Assembly: GCF_006345805.1 (NCBI RefSeq)
Contig: NC_043002.1
Location: 94,426,001-94,490,000 of the forward strand
DNA: 64,000 bases
Direction of reading: 5' to 3'
Source of the DNA: Octopus sinensis
Taxonomy: Eukaryota
Positions 38,412-53,004 of this stretch are shown piece after piece. A model generated the notes under the pieces. It did no database searches and had not been told where the DNA came from. It saw only the letters and a list, made by a program, of their open reading frames with translations. Made by a program: the position numbers and the translations under genes. Every line of letters begins with the position of its first letter. Position 1 is the stretch's first letter.

Positions 38412-38829
38412 GTACAGGAGGTGGTCAAACTCTGCATAAGGAGTAGACAACCACCATGTATACATGTATGTATGTATGTATGTATGTATGTATGTATGTA
38501 TGTATGTATGTATGTATGTATGCATGTATGTATGTACCCACACATGTCTACGCGCATAGGTACACCATGATCTATACACATGCAGACGAGGGTCGATTCA
38601 TATCAAAAAGAAATTGAACAAAATGAAATACTTATAGAACATATTGCATAGAATTTGAGAAGTGCTTTGAACGTCTTTCAATGATGGTAGGTGAATCAAA
38701 TGTACTGTAGTTTGTTGGAGGATATAATATGACCACTTGCCTATCGGGAAATTTGTATGTTCGATTTCTCTTAAATTTTTTATAAATATTTATATTCCGT
38801 CACCTTTATAAATATTTATATTCTGTTGA

Positions 38830-39190
38830 AATTAAGAAATCAACTCGTAAATAAACGAAACCCTCGAACCCATCACTACACACACACAAACACACATGCG
38901 CACACACGCGCACACACGCACACATGCACCCACTCATGGACACACAGACGCGCGCACACACATGCACATACACACACCTGAAGCACGCGTGCATTTGCAT
39001 ATCTACATATGTTTATATATCTTTGAAGATAATCAAGCCAAATTTTCATCATTTCGAACCACTCGCCCAATGAGTATTTCTGCCAAATTTGGTGAAAATC
39101 CGTTCAGTCATTTTCCAGTAATTTTGCAAACACACAAAGACGAGTGATTACAATACCTTGCTTTCGTTTACGCGCGCAGAGTAATTATAA
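38830..39190 (+). mobile_element. Helitron/HINE-like fragment
   Basis: CCAAATTTGGTGAAAATCCGTTCAG..ACAAAC-type 3' segment; its 5' part AACTCGTAAATAAACG..CTCGAA.CCATCACT recurs at 37425-37465. Confidence 0.35.
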
Positions 39191-39575
39191 AGATCTGGAT
39201 ATACTTGTACACCGTAGGGTGGTGTAAAAATGTTATCTACCGGTTTTGTATGAGCAAAGAAATTTCGATTTCGGTTATAAAATATGGTTAAACCTCAAAA
39301 TTGATGGCGACATTCGATTTTAGTGAACGAAATTAATAAATAAATAAATTCATTATAGTATATTTCGCTCTTTAAGACTTTTCTTATTTAGTACACTTAT
39401 GTTCTCTAAATATAGACATGTATGCTGTATCTCAGTAGTGTATGTCTGCCTTATAAGTAATACATTTCAAATTAAATTCCAGCATAATTTTTGCAGGGAA
39501 CTGTAAATCAATGAATTAAATAAATAACAATTAATGAACACATTGTGCACGTATAGTAATAAGAATATATTAAAA

Positions 39576-39772
39576 CTGTGGTTCCCAAACTTTTTAGAGT
39601 CACGACCCACTATTTATCACCCCAGTTTATGACGACCCACTTAACTCTACTGAGTATCTCGATAGACAGCAGTTAATCAAAGTTAATGCGTAATTTTATA
39701 ACTTTTTGTGACCCACTAAGATTCCGTTCGCGACCCATCTGTGGGTCGCGACTCATAGTTTGGGAACCGCTG
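39576..39772. mobile_element. hAT (Charlie-like) MITE (197 bp)
   Basis: TIRs CTGTGGTTCCCAAAC / GTTTGGGAACCGCTG; perfect 8-bp TSD TATTAAAA. Confidence 0.85.
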
Positions 39773-40729
39773 TATTAAAATATTCGAAACCACATTGCAC
39801 TTTCTCTACTCAAATTCTTTCAAGTATCTATCAGGTAGCTCTTCTCGTGAACCATTGATCCGCTTTTATTTTTCAATGGCATGAAACCAGAAGGACTCTA
39901 TCGCTTATGTGTGTGAATGAAGGTTAGCAGAATGGACAAACTAACCAGATGTATGTGATAATAACAATATTATATTCATATTTAAATATGGGAAGTAGTT
40001 TTTATAAAACTGGAATTATCAAAGAACGAAAGTATTCGATAATAAAGTATTTCTTAACAACTTATTGAGAAACATAAATATTAATAGTTATACTTGGGGT
40101 TGGTCATATTTTGCAACAATTACATAATACAAAATACATAAACACAAATATTCATGCTTCTATTCTTTTATTTATATTTTAAAACTCTTGAAGACATTAT
40201 TATTTATTAAAGTGACAAGTTATAAATGGCTTCTTGGAGATCTTGAAAACTGTTAATGATGGTAACGGTAAAAATTGTTCATCATAATGTTTAGAAAAGC
40301 GGGTAAGTTTATTTGCCGTGAAGAATGTAGATTATAACGGTTCGTTGTCATTGCTCTTTATTTGAGACTGAGGAAATGTAAGAAAATAAACCGAAACTGT
40401 AGGCTCGAATTAGAATGAAGGAATAAAGTTAAACAAGAAGAATGATGTGGAATGGATGAAAGGCCAAAGAAACTATGCGAATGCGTAGAAGGGTCAGAAA
40501 GATAAACATGAAAGTAGACAGGCACAATACAGCAAATAACGACATATAGAGCTACAGGTACTATGACAGATTAAAATAGTGGGATAGGCGGGGTTGACAA
40601 GAAGGTGGGCAGTAACAATACCTCAAAAAGACCCAGAAATACAGCTACGACGACAGATTAAAGTAATGTGAGTTGGGCTGATGAAAAAGAGATGGATAGA
40701 AACAAAATCTTCAGAATCTCACACATGTA

Positions 40730-41569
40730 TAGGGTGGTCCAAAAGTCACTGAGGGGTCGCAATCTTTGATAATTCTTTTAGTTTTTGACCTCTTGTTTTT
40801 CTTTTCGGGGATTTTAAAGACTACGTCCTGGAAATTAATTACGGGAAAATATGGCACCGCACAATGCACCCAAGTGGTGAAATTACTCTATCAAAATCAG
40901 GGGCCAGTTATTCAAATCCAAAGAGCACCAAAGGGAATTGCATCCCATTAAGTGTACAGTATGGTGTGCAATTACGGTGGATGCGATAATCGGATCTTAT
41001 TTCCTTGAGGACGATGATGGGAATGCTATCACTGTGACTGGTGAGTGGTACAGGCCTATGATCGAGAACTTTTTGTACCCGGTGATTCAAAATAGGCCCG
41101 ATGTGTGGTTCCAGTAAAATATGACAACTGCTTATACCGCAAGAGAGGCAAAACTGTTGCTGAAGCAATATTTTGGAGAAAAATCATGACTTGCTACTGT
41201 GACATCAACTGGCCATTGCGTTCCCCAGGCTTGACCAGCCCTGACATGTGGGCGTACCTCAAAGAGAAGGTTTATGTCAACGAATCAGAAACCCTGGAGC
41301 AATTGAAGGAGAATATCACAATAAAAATCAGGAAACGTACAGCTGTCATGGAACATATTTTGGAAAGGGCACGGATGTGTGAAGCTGAAAATAGATGCCA
41401 TTTAAAAGATGGCATGTTTCATACGTAATGCAGAGGTACAAGTAAAAGGACTAGCACAAATTAATCTCCATTATCTCTTCTATATTGAATTAAAATTGCA
41501 TACATCTATTTGTAAAAATAAGGGAGTTATTAAAAATTAAAATCCCTCAGTGACTTTTGGGCCACCCTG
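40730..41569 (+). mobile_element. Internally deleted Tc1/mariner element (840 bp) with TA TSDs
   Basis: TIR (C/T)AGGGTGG(T/C)CCAAAAGTCACTGAGGG at both ends with flanking TA. Transposase remnants DVWFQ, NWPLRSPGLTSPD.WAYLKEKVY..ETLEQLKENI. Confidence 0.85.
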
Positions 41570-43939
41570 TACAAAGACTTGTAATAACTTTAAAATATTG
41601 TAAGCAGAGAGAACGGTGGTAACATATATGGCAACACAACAACATCCATGCACATTTAGAAGGATTCATATTTACACACTTACATATAGGCTTTCAAATA
41701 CTTTTCGTCTCGCTTTCACTTCAAAAAATTAAAGGATTAACTGAATTATCAGCGTGAGACGGAGACGTCATAATAAACAATATTTGAAATTTACCTTGTG
41801 TGAATATACAGTATGTTTCGTAGTATATTTCTTAGGAATAAAGTATCTTATTTGTCAAAGTTGAAGACAAAATAATCCTATAGAAAATGATTGTGAAGTT
41901 ACTGGAAAATTAAGCAACCGACATTGGTTAACCCACGTCATTATTGTTATTTTTATAATTTGACAAATAAAGTATGTGGTTTCTATCAAGAAGCTAGAAC
42001 TAAACTGAAATGAAGAACAGTAGAACAGCATTTGTTTCATTAGCCAATAAATTCGCTGATACTGATGCAAACGTCACGTTTTGGCAGGGTTAATATGTTA
42101 TGTTATGTTGTTCCACAACTGAATTCATGCCGATATTACTAATGGTAAATTTGGTATTTGAATATCTAACATATCAGATTATACTGGATACTTGCAAAGC
42201 AATACGAATTTACGATAATAATAAATAATAAAATACAAATAGCAAGTCTACTTCCTCCTCTCCTTAATACACGGGAGTGAGGTGGTCGAGGCCAATACAC
42301 ACGGCCGCATACAACCTGACCTCACATAACCTTACTTCATCCTTTACAAAGCCACCTGGTAGCCTCTCCCATCCCCTAACTTCCAACAGTCCAACCAGAA
42401 TTCTGAACTACTCTTACTGTATAATATACAATAAATTAATCTATATTATGCGTTTTGTTATGCAAAGAGTATAAAATATGCATGCATAATCGTAATACAT
42501 AAGCAATTTTTGCGGACAGAAAATTAACAACGGATAGCTAATGATGAGAATAAATCCATCAGGAAACAATGAACATACAAAAATTTCCTGGAAATTGAGA
42601 AGTGGATATACCCCATGGTTTCATACACCCTTCCACTTCTAGCACTGGTTCATTCAATCAGATTATAGTCCACTGAATTCAGAGAAAGTTACCAGATGAT
42701 AATTACTATGAAACATTAATATGTAATACTACAACCCTGTACAACTAATTTTCATTTTAGAATACTGCTTGTGTTATAATTTCGGGTTTCGAATAAAATA
42801 TTATGAGTCATCGAAAAGAAAGCTTTATAGTTTCTTTTTGAAGTATAAAAAGGTCAAATATCTTATAATAGATATTGGTATTATATTTCTTACTTCTAAA
42901 CAGCTCACTTCTCAAAGTTGCCTGCCTACTGATACTGGATAAGTATCGAAGTAGTTTTTGAGCGATAACTGAAAAATGTCAGTGACACAAGAAAAGAGAA
43001 AGTATTATCATTTTCGTACATGCGACTTTTTTACACATTCCGTTATTTTTCGGAGAAATTTTGGGTTCGGGAAAAGAGCAAACTACAAAAGTCTATTTTC
43101 AAAAGCACAAAAGGGTTTATAAAAACCTTAGGATAAAGAATAAAGACACGCCATTTTGTTGAAAGGTTTTATGAAGCACTACCAGCACATTTATTATCTA
43201 GTTTATATGTGTTGAAGGTCAAATATTTGTTCAACACAATACCTATATAATATTATTTATTAGAATTAACTTTAAAAATATCTATTCTTAACAAAAGTAA
43301 TGAATGTCACTGATGAACCATTAAGTTATTCTTTTATTCGATTTACGAATACGTATGGCATTTAAGTAAGTCTCATTTCACTATCGGTTCAAAGCCATTC
43401 AAGGTCTTTTATTTATTTCCATACATCAAGGATTGATAAACTATGTAGCGGTCCTGTACAAGAGTCATGTTCTCAATCTTTACAGCACCACTTCCTTAAA
43501 CTGTTTTGGACATGGCAGCAAATTGATAACATTATTTATTTAATTTACAATCTTTTAATTAATATTGAACAAATTTGTTTGTGCAAGAGTTAGAGCAATT
43601 GTGTTAAGAGAAATATAGTGATAATAAAAAGAGGCAACATTCTTTTTTAACTTTTTAGTTTCTTATATCTATTGATAAATTATCAAACATCTGATTTCTA
43701 ACATTGACTCAAGACTGTTTTGCATGAGAGTGCAATCGATCGCTCCCACTCCAATAATTGATTCGTACTTATTTTATTGATCTGGAGAGAATGAAAGGCA
43801 AAAATTGATTCGTTAGAATTTTTACTGAAAACATAAAAAAAAGATAATTGAGGGTAACTCACCCGAACACATATCAGAAACCGTTGCTCGTTCGCAATAT
43901 CCAAATGCCCCTGAACCTCTGCTCGAAGTACTCAAAATA

Positions 43940-44400
43940 TTTAGCTTCGAAAGTGTTGGTGAGCAACAGACGTATCAGCACACCCACCCATGAATACATT
44001 TGGTGTTAGACTATGCGAAAATTTTGCCACATGAAGGAAGTTCAAATAGTGTGACTGAACAACTGCTAATGTACTTCTTGTCAGTAGTCCATCATTTAAG
44101 AGTTCTACGAAATCGAAGCCCATCTCCTTTTCAATCAACACATTTATGACCTCTTTTCAATAGTTCAATATATTCCTTAGTTTGTAGTTGCTGATCTTGA
44201 CTATTGTTAATTTCATGTTGTCCCAGGGAAGGATAACCTTCTTGCTCATCTTAGGTCTGGCTCGCTCTTCTATTTTTAATTCTTTTGAATTTTTCTTTAG
44301 CTCTCCTCGATGATTTGAAAATTCTCTTCGACATCTTTCTGCTCCTTATTGCAGCAAAACAATGGAATGGTATTGCTGTGTATGAGATCCTAGGTATTCT
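43940..44400 (-). pseudogene. Possible non-LTR ORF1-like remnant
   Basis: A partly open minus frame (KMSKKVILPWDNMKLTIVKISNY..FVELLNDG..TPNVFMGG); identity not established. Confidence 0.2.
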
Positions 44401-45529
44401 TGTCATAGATTCCTACTTTTGAAAAGGGGGCGATTTTTTCAGTTATCCTCGGAAATGCAACCAGTGATGTCCTAGAAAGGAAAGTTCGGGAAGCTTGCTG
44501 TTGTCGCTGATGTCAACCGTTCTCTTTCTCTCTCTTCCAACTCATAAGGGCAGAAAGCCTTCGGGTGGCTCTAAGTCCTATACGTAGAGCAACTCGGCTT
44601 TCTGTAGGGTACATCCAGTATAATTTCGGCCATCTTGTTCGATGGGTTATATCTTCAGAAAGGCTTTTGGTTTGCAGTAGCCTCGGGAATGTGCATGCCC
44701 ATAGATACCTTCCCTTGTACCTCTGCGCTAATCACCCAGTCCACCGAGTGCTGCAAAGGGGACGACAAAGTAAGGGTCTTAGTTACTACAAATAGCTCTA
44801 TTCCCATCGTATTTTGACACCCCACATATCGTATGTTTGTGGAAAACTTGAGTGAATACTGAAAACCCCTCTATATTTTGACGGGCTAGAGTGTGTTTTT
44901 TCCTCTTTGTGATTTGTTCAATAAAATCATCAGACAAGAAAAATATGAGGTTTTTTAAGATACTCATCCAATGTTACTTTTCTGAAAATTGGGCCATATA
45001 CACAATTATTTTTGCCAATGGATAGTAGATAAATTTTCTCCTACACGAGAAATCTTAAAGGTTTTCATTAAGCATCGCTACAGGTTACCAAGCCGCAATA
45101 ATTTTCTGATTTTCGGTAGTTATTAGAATGTATACGTCAACCGAATTTCCATGGTAGAGTTAATTTTATAGAAGTTAAATTTTCTTTCTTTTACAACGCT
45201 TGGAATTAAAATATTACTTTTAATTTGTGTGGTTAAAAACAGTCCATATTTTAGAAAGAGATAAAAACAGACAAATAGACTAACAAAAACAGAAGTTATA
45301 TATTCTTTTCTACTCTAGGCACAAGGCCCGAAATTTTGTGGGAGGGGGTCAGTCGATTAGATCGACCCCAGTACGCAACTGGTACTTAATTTATCAACCC
45401 CGAAAGGATGAAAAGCAAAGTCGACCTCGGCGAGCAGAAGTTATATATTATATTATAGAATGTGGCGTTCATCCTTTCCCTTGGTCATTTGAAATCGTGT
45501 TGCTTTGTCAATTCGTTAAGATAAATCTC

Positions 45530-45952
45530 GGATCTTTTCGGTTTGAACGGCAGTTTTTTCTAGCGGTGTCATATGAAATTGTCACCCATAATTATGACCC
45601 TAGAATCGATCTATTGCATTTCAATCTCTTTTAGGGGTAGGGTTAGGGTTAGGGGTGGGGGAAGGGTATATTTTTTTCTTCACAAATGTAAATAAACCCA
45701 ATCTGTTTCTTAAACAAGGGACATATTCATACGGCACAGAATGCTTATTAACTCAATAGACGTCACTGATTGGTTGAAATTGCAGAAATTGAAGAAAAAA
45801 AAACAACAAAAATCTTACTAACTATAGAATTTTCTCAATAAAGCCAAGAGAAAAAGATGTTTTATAAACACATTCTACCAGTATACGAAGTTTGAAATTT
45901 TTTAGTTACCTAGAAATTATATTAAAAACTGCCGTTCAAACCGAAAAAATCC
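45530..45952 (-). mobile_element. Merlin-type MITE copy 6
   Basis: 8-bp TSD TAAATCTC (45522-45529, 45953-45960). Confidence 0.9.
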
Positions 45953-46319
45953 TAAATCTCTTTCTTTATGGTGCTACCGCACTCGAAATAAAAGTAGCGA
46001 TTTTTCTTGATTAAGAACAACGATAATTTTTGTTGATTTAGAGAATGAAAGATATGGCCGATAGGATTGAGAGAGTTTATAGATTTCTTTAGATTAGGCA
46101 CAATGCTAATTGGATTCTTGTAATCGACTGCTTGTTACTGGCGTTTATCTTATTGACTCTTAAAGGATGAGAGGTCAAATTGACTCCAGTAAGATTAGAA
46201 CTCAATACAGCTATACAAGTGTGTGTCTGTGGGTGTGTAAGTATGTGTGTGTGCACGTGAACATGTGTGCACCATGTATATATATCTGTGTGTATGTATA
46301 CATATATACATATATATAT

Positions 46320-46692
46320 ATGTGTGCACGCATGGGTGCGTGTGTATAATATGTACATATACATACATACATACATACATATATATATATATATATCTTT
46401 TCTCTTTTCTCTTACTTGTTCCAGCCATTTGACTGTGGCCATGCTGGGGCATATACCGTATACATGTCAGTGCGTATATATAAGTATGTGTGCACGCATG
46501 GGTGCGTGTGTGTAATATGTACATATACATACATACATACATATATATATATATATCTTTTATCTTTTCTTTTACTTGTTCCAGCCATTTGACTGTGGCC
46601 ATGCTGGGGCATATACCATATACATGTCAGTGCGTATATATAAGTATGTGTGCACGCATGGGTGCGTGTATGTAATATGTACATATACATAC

Positions 46693-46753
<61 letters not shown>

Positions 46754-46760
46754 GAGAGAG
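46320..46760. repeat. About 2.6 copies of a 160-166-bp unit (SINE tail + microsatellite)
   Basis: GCACGCATGGGTGCG at 46326, 46492 and 46652. Confidence 0.9.
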
Positions 46761-47356
46761 TGAGAGACGGACAGACAAACAGATTGAGGAAAAGAGAGAA
46801 AAAGCTTAAATACTCGTAGCGTTGCATAATTTTTATTATGCTTCATAGTTTTTATTAACTTCCCGTCATGAATCAAAGCAGAATATTGCTATCATATTTT
46901 GTGATAATTAATTTTACGCCCACAGAATGATCTACGGCAAAGTCGACTGCGGTAGTAGCGCTGAGAACAGTGACATTACATAACAAGTTAGATTTTTAAG
47001 CATTCAGCATGACGATCTATTGACCCAGTCGAAATGTTAGAAGTGTATAGTATTTCTGAGAAAAGAGCTGTGGTGATAGCGGTCGATACGAAATGGAGTA
47101 TATAGATTGTTTGTCCGATATACAGAAGGATGTAGCGTTTGGTCAGTTAAAGTTAGGATATGTCAGAAGGTATGATTGATAATTATGGGTATCGGAGAGA
47201 AGGGCAATAGAAACGAGTGTAAATGGCTTTGGAGAAAGGGAAGAGAGAGAGAGAGAGAGGGAGGGCTGGGAGAAGTAAACTGATGGGAAATATAGGAAAA
47301 GGAGGGCGAACGAAGTAGAAGATACAGATAAGGGAATGCTAGAGAAAGCTATCTAT

Positions 47357-47394
<38 letters not shown>

Positions 47395-49152
47395 AAACAT
47401 GCAAAATCACAAACATGCACGCTCACACACACACACACACACACACACATTCACACACACACAAAGCTGGCAGAATCGTTAGCACGCTCAGCAAGATGCT
47501 TAGCGGAATTTTGTTCGTCTTTATATCTTTGAGTTTTTATCCTTTTTCTGGGCCGATAAAATCAGTACGAATTGAACTCTAGGTCGATGTAATCGACTTC
47601 GTCCTTCCCTGAAATTGCTGGCTTTGTGCAAAAATTTGAAATTCATATTTACACACACACACTCACATACACACGCATACAAAGTGTAGCCGTTACGAGC
47701 GTGTATGACTTTGTTGTGTGCACCATGCTTTCGCTAATTCTTTAGGCGCCTGTGTCGCCGCGAGCAGACACCTATACCCTCTCAGTGGCAGGACATCCAA
47801 CATGACAAATGGAAGGAGAAAAGACTGCACTGAACTGGCACTCGTTTGCTGTTAACTAGACTGGTGCAACGTAAAATGAAGTCTGTTACTCAAAGACACA
47901 ACACATCACCAGTTTCAGGAATCGAACCCGACTTTATGGTTTGAATCAACCATTCTATCCATCTGCACACACACCTTCATATATTTGTGGTGTAAAAGTG
48001 CACATGAGTGTACGTGTGTACGAACACACACACATACACGCCTCCGTATATATGTGTATGCACATACACATACACACACATACACACATACACACACACA
48101 CACGTAGAAGAGAAAGCAAAAGCTAGCGAGAAAGGGAGAAAAGCAAAGAAACTTAGTTAAAAGCTGATATATAAATATAAAAGATATACATGCATATTAG
48201 ATTTTAGCAGTAAGAAAAATGCGTAACTTGAAGTTAAATAGAAATGCATATTAATTTTGGCATAAGACCAGTAGTTTTGAGAGGAGTGATGAGTGGATAC
48301 CACTGATTCTAGTACTTGACTGATACTTTATTTTATAGACCCTGAATGGATTAAAGACCAGGTTGAAATTGTTCAGTCCTTATAGACACGATTGAGTCGA
48401 CGCTCTATCCACTTGATAATACTAGTAGTTCTAATGGAAATTACACGGTTATTTTGAAGACAGTTAAATGGTTTGAAGTTTAGAGAGAACCATGCATTTG
48501 CTAATTGTTATAGTCGGCTATGCTGTCGCGAGTAGACATAGACACTCTCTCGGCCTTCTCACCATTGACTCAACGGAACATGAAAAGTGTGTTAGCTGGG
48601 GGGGGGGGATAGAGAACTGCACCGGCACTCAGCTCGATAGACATAAAGCAACGGGAAATGACATGCCATGCTCAAGAACACGACGTGCCGCGACGTCCAG
48701 TTCAGAAATCGAATCTATGAGCTTAAGTTCGTGAGACCAAGATACTGACCACTAATCTATGCGCCCTCATTGCTAATAAAACACCAATAACTCACAAAAT
48801 TAACATTCTATACTGCTGCAACAAATCAAATACCACAAACTGTACACAGTCATCGTCTGATACTGAAACATATAGCAGCAGTCATACAGAGCACAGGACA
48901 CATATTCAGTATATAACAAAATGACACAATTCACACTGCGCAACAGAAGAAATAATATAATTACGAATGCACACAAGACTAAAAGCGAAAATGTGATAAC
49001 ATCGTTGAAATTGATACCAACGCGGGTCTACATTCGAAATGCAAAATGCTGCATACCTCAGAAACATCGAGATGTACCACATAATGTAGTAGAAACTTGC
49101 ATTAAAAAGGTCGAAAACATGATAATAATAATAATAATAATTAATAATAATA

Positions 49153-49515
49153 ATTGATGTATCAATACCGGCTGATGACAACGTGTCTCTAAAAGAAATG
49201 GAGAAACTCAAAATACAAATACCTGGAAATAGAGGTAACTAGAATGTGGAATCTGAAAACAGAAACAATTCCTATCATAGTAGGTGCATTAGGCATGATA
49301 AAAAAATATTCAGACAAATACATAACAAAAACACCAGGACTTACAAACACATAACATACAGAAAATTGCACTACTAGGCACTGCACACATCCTACGCAGA
49401 ACACTTTCCATACAATAACCATCAGAGCATCACAACAAATCACAGCACATACCAAGGCACACAGAGCTGCGCTCGGTAGTGAAGTGAAAGCACGCTATAA
49501 AAATAAAACTACTGA
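49153..49515 (+). pseudogene. Dong-like (R4 clade) LINE 3' end in (TAA)n
   Basis: IDVSIPADDNVSLKEMEKL/KYKYLEIEVTRMWNLKTETIPIIVGALGMI.../NIQKIALLGTAHILRRTLSIQ* with two frameshifts; (TAA)n at both junctions. Confidence 0.8.
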
Positions 49516-49740
49516 ATAATAATAATAATATAATAATAATAAGAAGAAGAAGAAGAAGAAGACGAAGAAGAAGAAGAAGAAGAAGAAGAAGGAGGAGGAG
49601 GGGAGGAGGAGGAGGAGAAGGGGGAGAGGGGAGGAGGAGGGGAGGAGGGGGAGGATGATGAGAAGGGGGAGGAGGAGGGGAGGAGGAGGAGGAGGAGGAG
49701 GAGGAGGAGGAGAAGAAGAAGAAGAAGAAGAAGAAGAAGA

Positions 49741-49788
<48 letters not shown>

Positions 49789-49795
49789 GTTATTA
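49515..49795. repeat. Compound (AAT)(AAG)(GGA)(ATT) microsatellite
   Basis: Direct inspection. One of dozens of (TA)n, (CA)n, (TATC)n, (ACAT)n and (AG)n tracts in the window. Confidence 0.95.
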
Positions 49796-51182
49796 TGAAA
49801 TGTAAGACAAACTGAACGCTTCTGTGGGCATGTATTTAGGAGTATGATATGAGTGTTTGTGTGTGCATGTGAACTTTCACATACTCACATTAGTTTAAAA
49901 AATGCACTATTAATGGTGGTATTAAAAATAGGCGGAAAGGCTTTCGCTAATGGATTCTTTAATACAAGAGATATATCGAGAAAGTATGAGAATAATATTT
50001 TTCGTATGAATTATCTGATATCAAAGAGATAAATATGAATAAAGATTATATGTTCCCTACATACAGGGGCTTTACGCTCTGAGAGAATTAAAAACGAAAT
50101 AAATAAGATACAATATGCGTATAACAAAAGAATGCAATATAAAAGTGTTTCTGAAACAAAGGATAAACATTCAATTTCTTCCAAGTTGAGATAGCTGTCT
50201 TGGAGAAAATTTGATTTATTGTGAGAACATTATCTATTTCCAGGTATTATTCGTTAGATTTTATGATGTCGAACCAAAATAGGAAACCTGTGAAAAGGCA
50301 AGCTGTAGGAAAAAACAGTTCGATAAATCAGAAATTGGTAGACGTAAAGCACCGTGATGTTGTTTTTGAAATATTTTCGAGATCTATGAGTATTTGATTC
50401 ACAGGCTGGCAGTTGGTTCAGATACTAGCGAAACCAATATTATAGCTTTTTGAGTCCCCACCCTCCCCCATCCCATCTCAGTTTGCTATTGCATCATGAA
50501 CTTCTTGATAACCTCAATGAGTTAGTGTTATACTGAAATGAAAACCACACAGAAATAGATCTGAAGTTAAAATATTCTGTTTGATTATTTAAAACCATCA
50601 GATGCGATACTTAATTCCTCATCCCGTTTAACACCATTACTGGTTTTACTGGCTTTAGGGAATCTTTAGAAGAGTTCTGTCTGTTGCCCCCATTGAGACC
50701 AGGTTCCCGGTCGAAACATAACTTTTTTCTTTCTTTCTTTCTCTCCACTAGTCACAGAAGCACTGATAAACGTCGTTAGCGATATCCTTCTTCCATACAA
50801 GGATCTCAAAATTATGCCAGCAAGCATATATAAACAATAAAAAAAGATAATGAAATACAGGCAAGAGAAAAGGTAATTTTTAGATGTAACATTACTTACC
50901 AGCAAAACTTTTATATTATACATTATTCTTTAATTAGGGAAAACAATCAGCAAATTTTATTATGTTCATAAGGTGTGAATTTAATTACAATTGGTTTCTA
51001 ATATAGGCACGATTAAATTGACCTCGGTACTTGATTGGTGATTTACTTTAACGACCCTGGAATAATGAAAGGCAATTTTAACTTCGGTAAGTCATGAACT
51101 CGGAGCATAAAGAGCCTTCGCAAGATTATCGTCCGATGTTCTGACGGTTTGGCCAATCTATCGCCTTTATCATAGCTACATA

Positions 51183-51464
51183 CAAAACGGTATCAAAAAG
51201 TTCCAGGACTAGATATGTGTAATAAAAAATAACTTATTTACTCTTTACTCTTTTACTCTTTTACTTGTTTTAGTCATTTGACTGTGGCCATGCTGGAGCA
51301 CCGCCTTTAGTCGAGCAAATCGACCCCGGGACTTATTCTTTGTAAGCCCAGTACTTATTCTATCGGTCTCTTTTGCCGAACCGCTAAGTGACGGGGGCGT
51401 AAACACACCAGCATCGGTTGTCAAGCGATGTTGTGGGGACAAACACAGACACACAAACATATAT

Positions 51465-51495
<31 letters not shown>

Positions 51496-53004
51496 CGATA
51501 AGCTTTTTTCAGTTTCCGTCTACCAAATCCACTCACAATGCTTTGGTCGGCCCGAGGCTATAGCAGAAGACACTTGCCCAAGATGCCACGCAGTGGGACT
51601 GAATCCGGAACCATATGGTTAGTAAGTAAGCTACTTACCACACACCCACTCCTGCGACTATTTACCTAAGTTTTGACATCAACTCCTTCGAAATAATCAC
51701 CTTGAGCAACAATACACCGGTCACAGCATTTCTGTCACTTTTGGAATCCAGCATGGAAGTCGTTTTTCCGTAAGTAAGTCGAGGATCTTTCACGATTCAC
51801 TCTTGATCTCGACTATGGTGTTAAACCGGTGACCTTTGAACTGCATTTTCATCTTCTGGAAGAGATGGGAGTCTGTAGGCGCTAAATCTGGTGAATAGGG
51901 AGAGTGCAGAAGCGATACGATGTTGTATCCTTACACATGACAAATAGTGTGACTATTTGGATATTCCGAACGAGCAACGGTTTCTGATATGTATTCGGGT
52001 GAGTTATCCTCAATTATCTTGTTTATTTATGTTTTCAGTAAAAATTCTAACGAATCAATTTTTGCCTTTCATTCTCTCCAGGTCAATAAAATAAGTCATG
52101 TGTAAGGAGAATACGGTGACAGATTGCATTGTCGTCAAGAATCTAATTCTTCGCTTTCCACAGATCAGGTCACTTTCGCTGAATGTCCTCCCTCAAACGC
52201 TTCAAAATGTCGCCGCATAACTCGTAATTGACGATCTGGCCCGGGGGGGGCGCCAATTCTTGATGCTCAATACCGCGGATGTAAAAAACAAACGATGAGC
52301 ATACTCATAAATAAGCTGCTGCTCTGTCGTAGTTATGAAGGGCTCTTCCAGTGTGATAACTGCTGCTTCGTCTCAGAATCGTATCCATAGAGCCAACTCT
52401 CGTCACTGGTGATCATCCTCGACGTAGATGTGACGTTCTATCTGCTCAGTGGTCAGCCAGCGGGAGACAAACTTGGCAGAGACACGCCGCATGTTCATTT
52501 GAGACATTAGGATTGCTATGCGACAGATCAAAAATATCAGCAATATTGTCGATTGTCCTCCTCTGATCCTCGTGCACAAGCTGATAAATTTTCCCCACAT
52601 TTCCGGGGTTGACGCTCGTGACAAGCCTTTCAGATCGCTCCTTGCCTTCCACGGACAATCTTCCGCTTTTAAAGCACCCGTGTCACCCGAAACATTGCGC
52701 ATGACCCATTGCCTCGTCGCTGTAAGCTTGCCAAAGCATGCACAATGTCTCTCTAACAGATTTACTGAGTTTAACACAAAATTTCACGTTGGCACTTTGC
52801 TCCTGTCCATGACAAACTCGCTGCCTACAGCATACTCCTGATCACAAAGACACAAATTTCACAACTTGCAAAGTAAACACAATGGTGTCACTCCGAATAC
52901 TGCCTCATGAAGGTCATTGCTATGTCTCACTGTGCACGCAACTGTGTACTGCAATCTATTGGCGCCTTATAGAACTAGTCCGAGAACGTTTTGATACCAC
53001 TTTG
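51183..53004 (-). mobile_element. Full-length decayed mariner element with TA TSDs, interrupted by a SINE
   Basis: TIRs CAAAACGGTATCAAAAAGTTCCAGGACTAG / CTAGTCCGAGAACGTTTTGATACCACTTTG, flanked by TA (51181-51182, 53005-53006). Minus-strand motifs VHEDQRRTI, MRRVSAKFV and HSPYSPDLAPTD.HLF. Confidence 0.9.
51240..51657 (-). mobile_element. SINE family B nested in the mariner element
   Basis: Full head-to-tail copy; possible 7-bp TSD TATTTAC. Confidence 0.85.
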
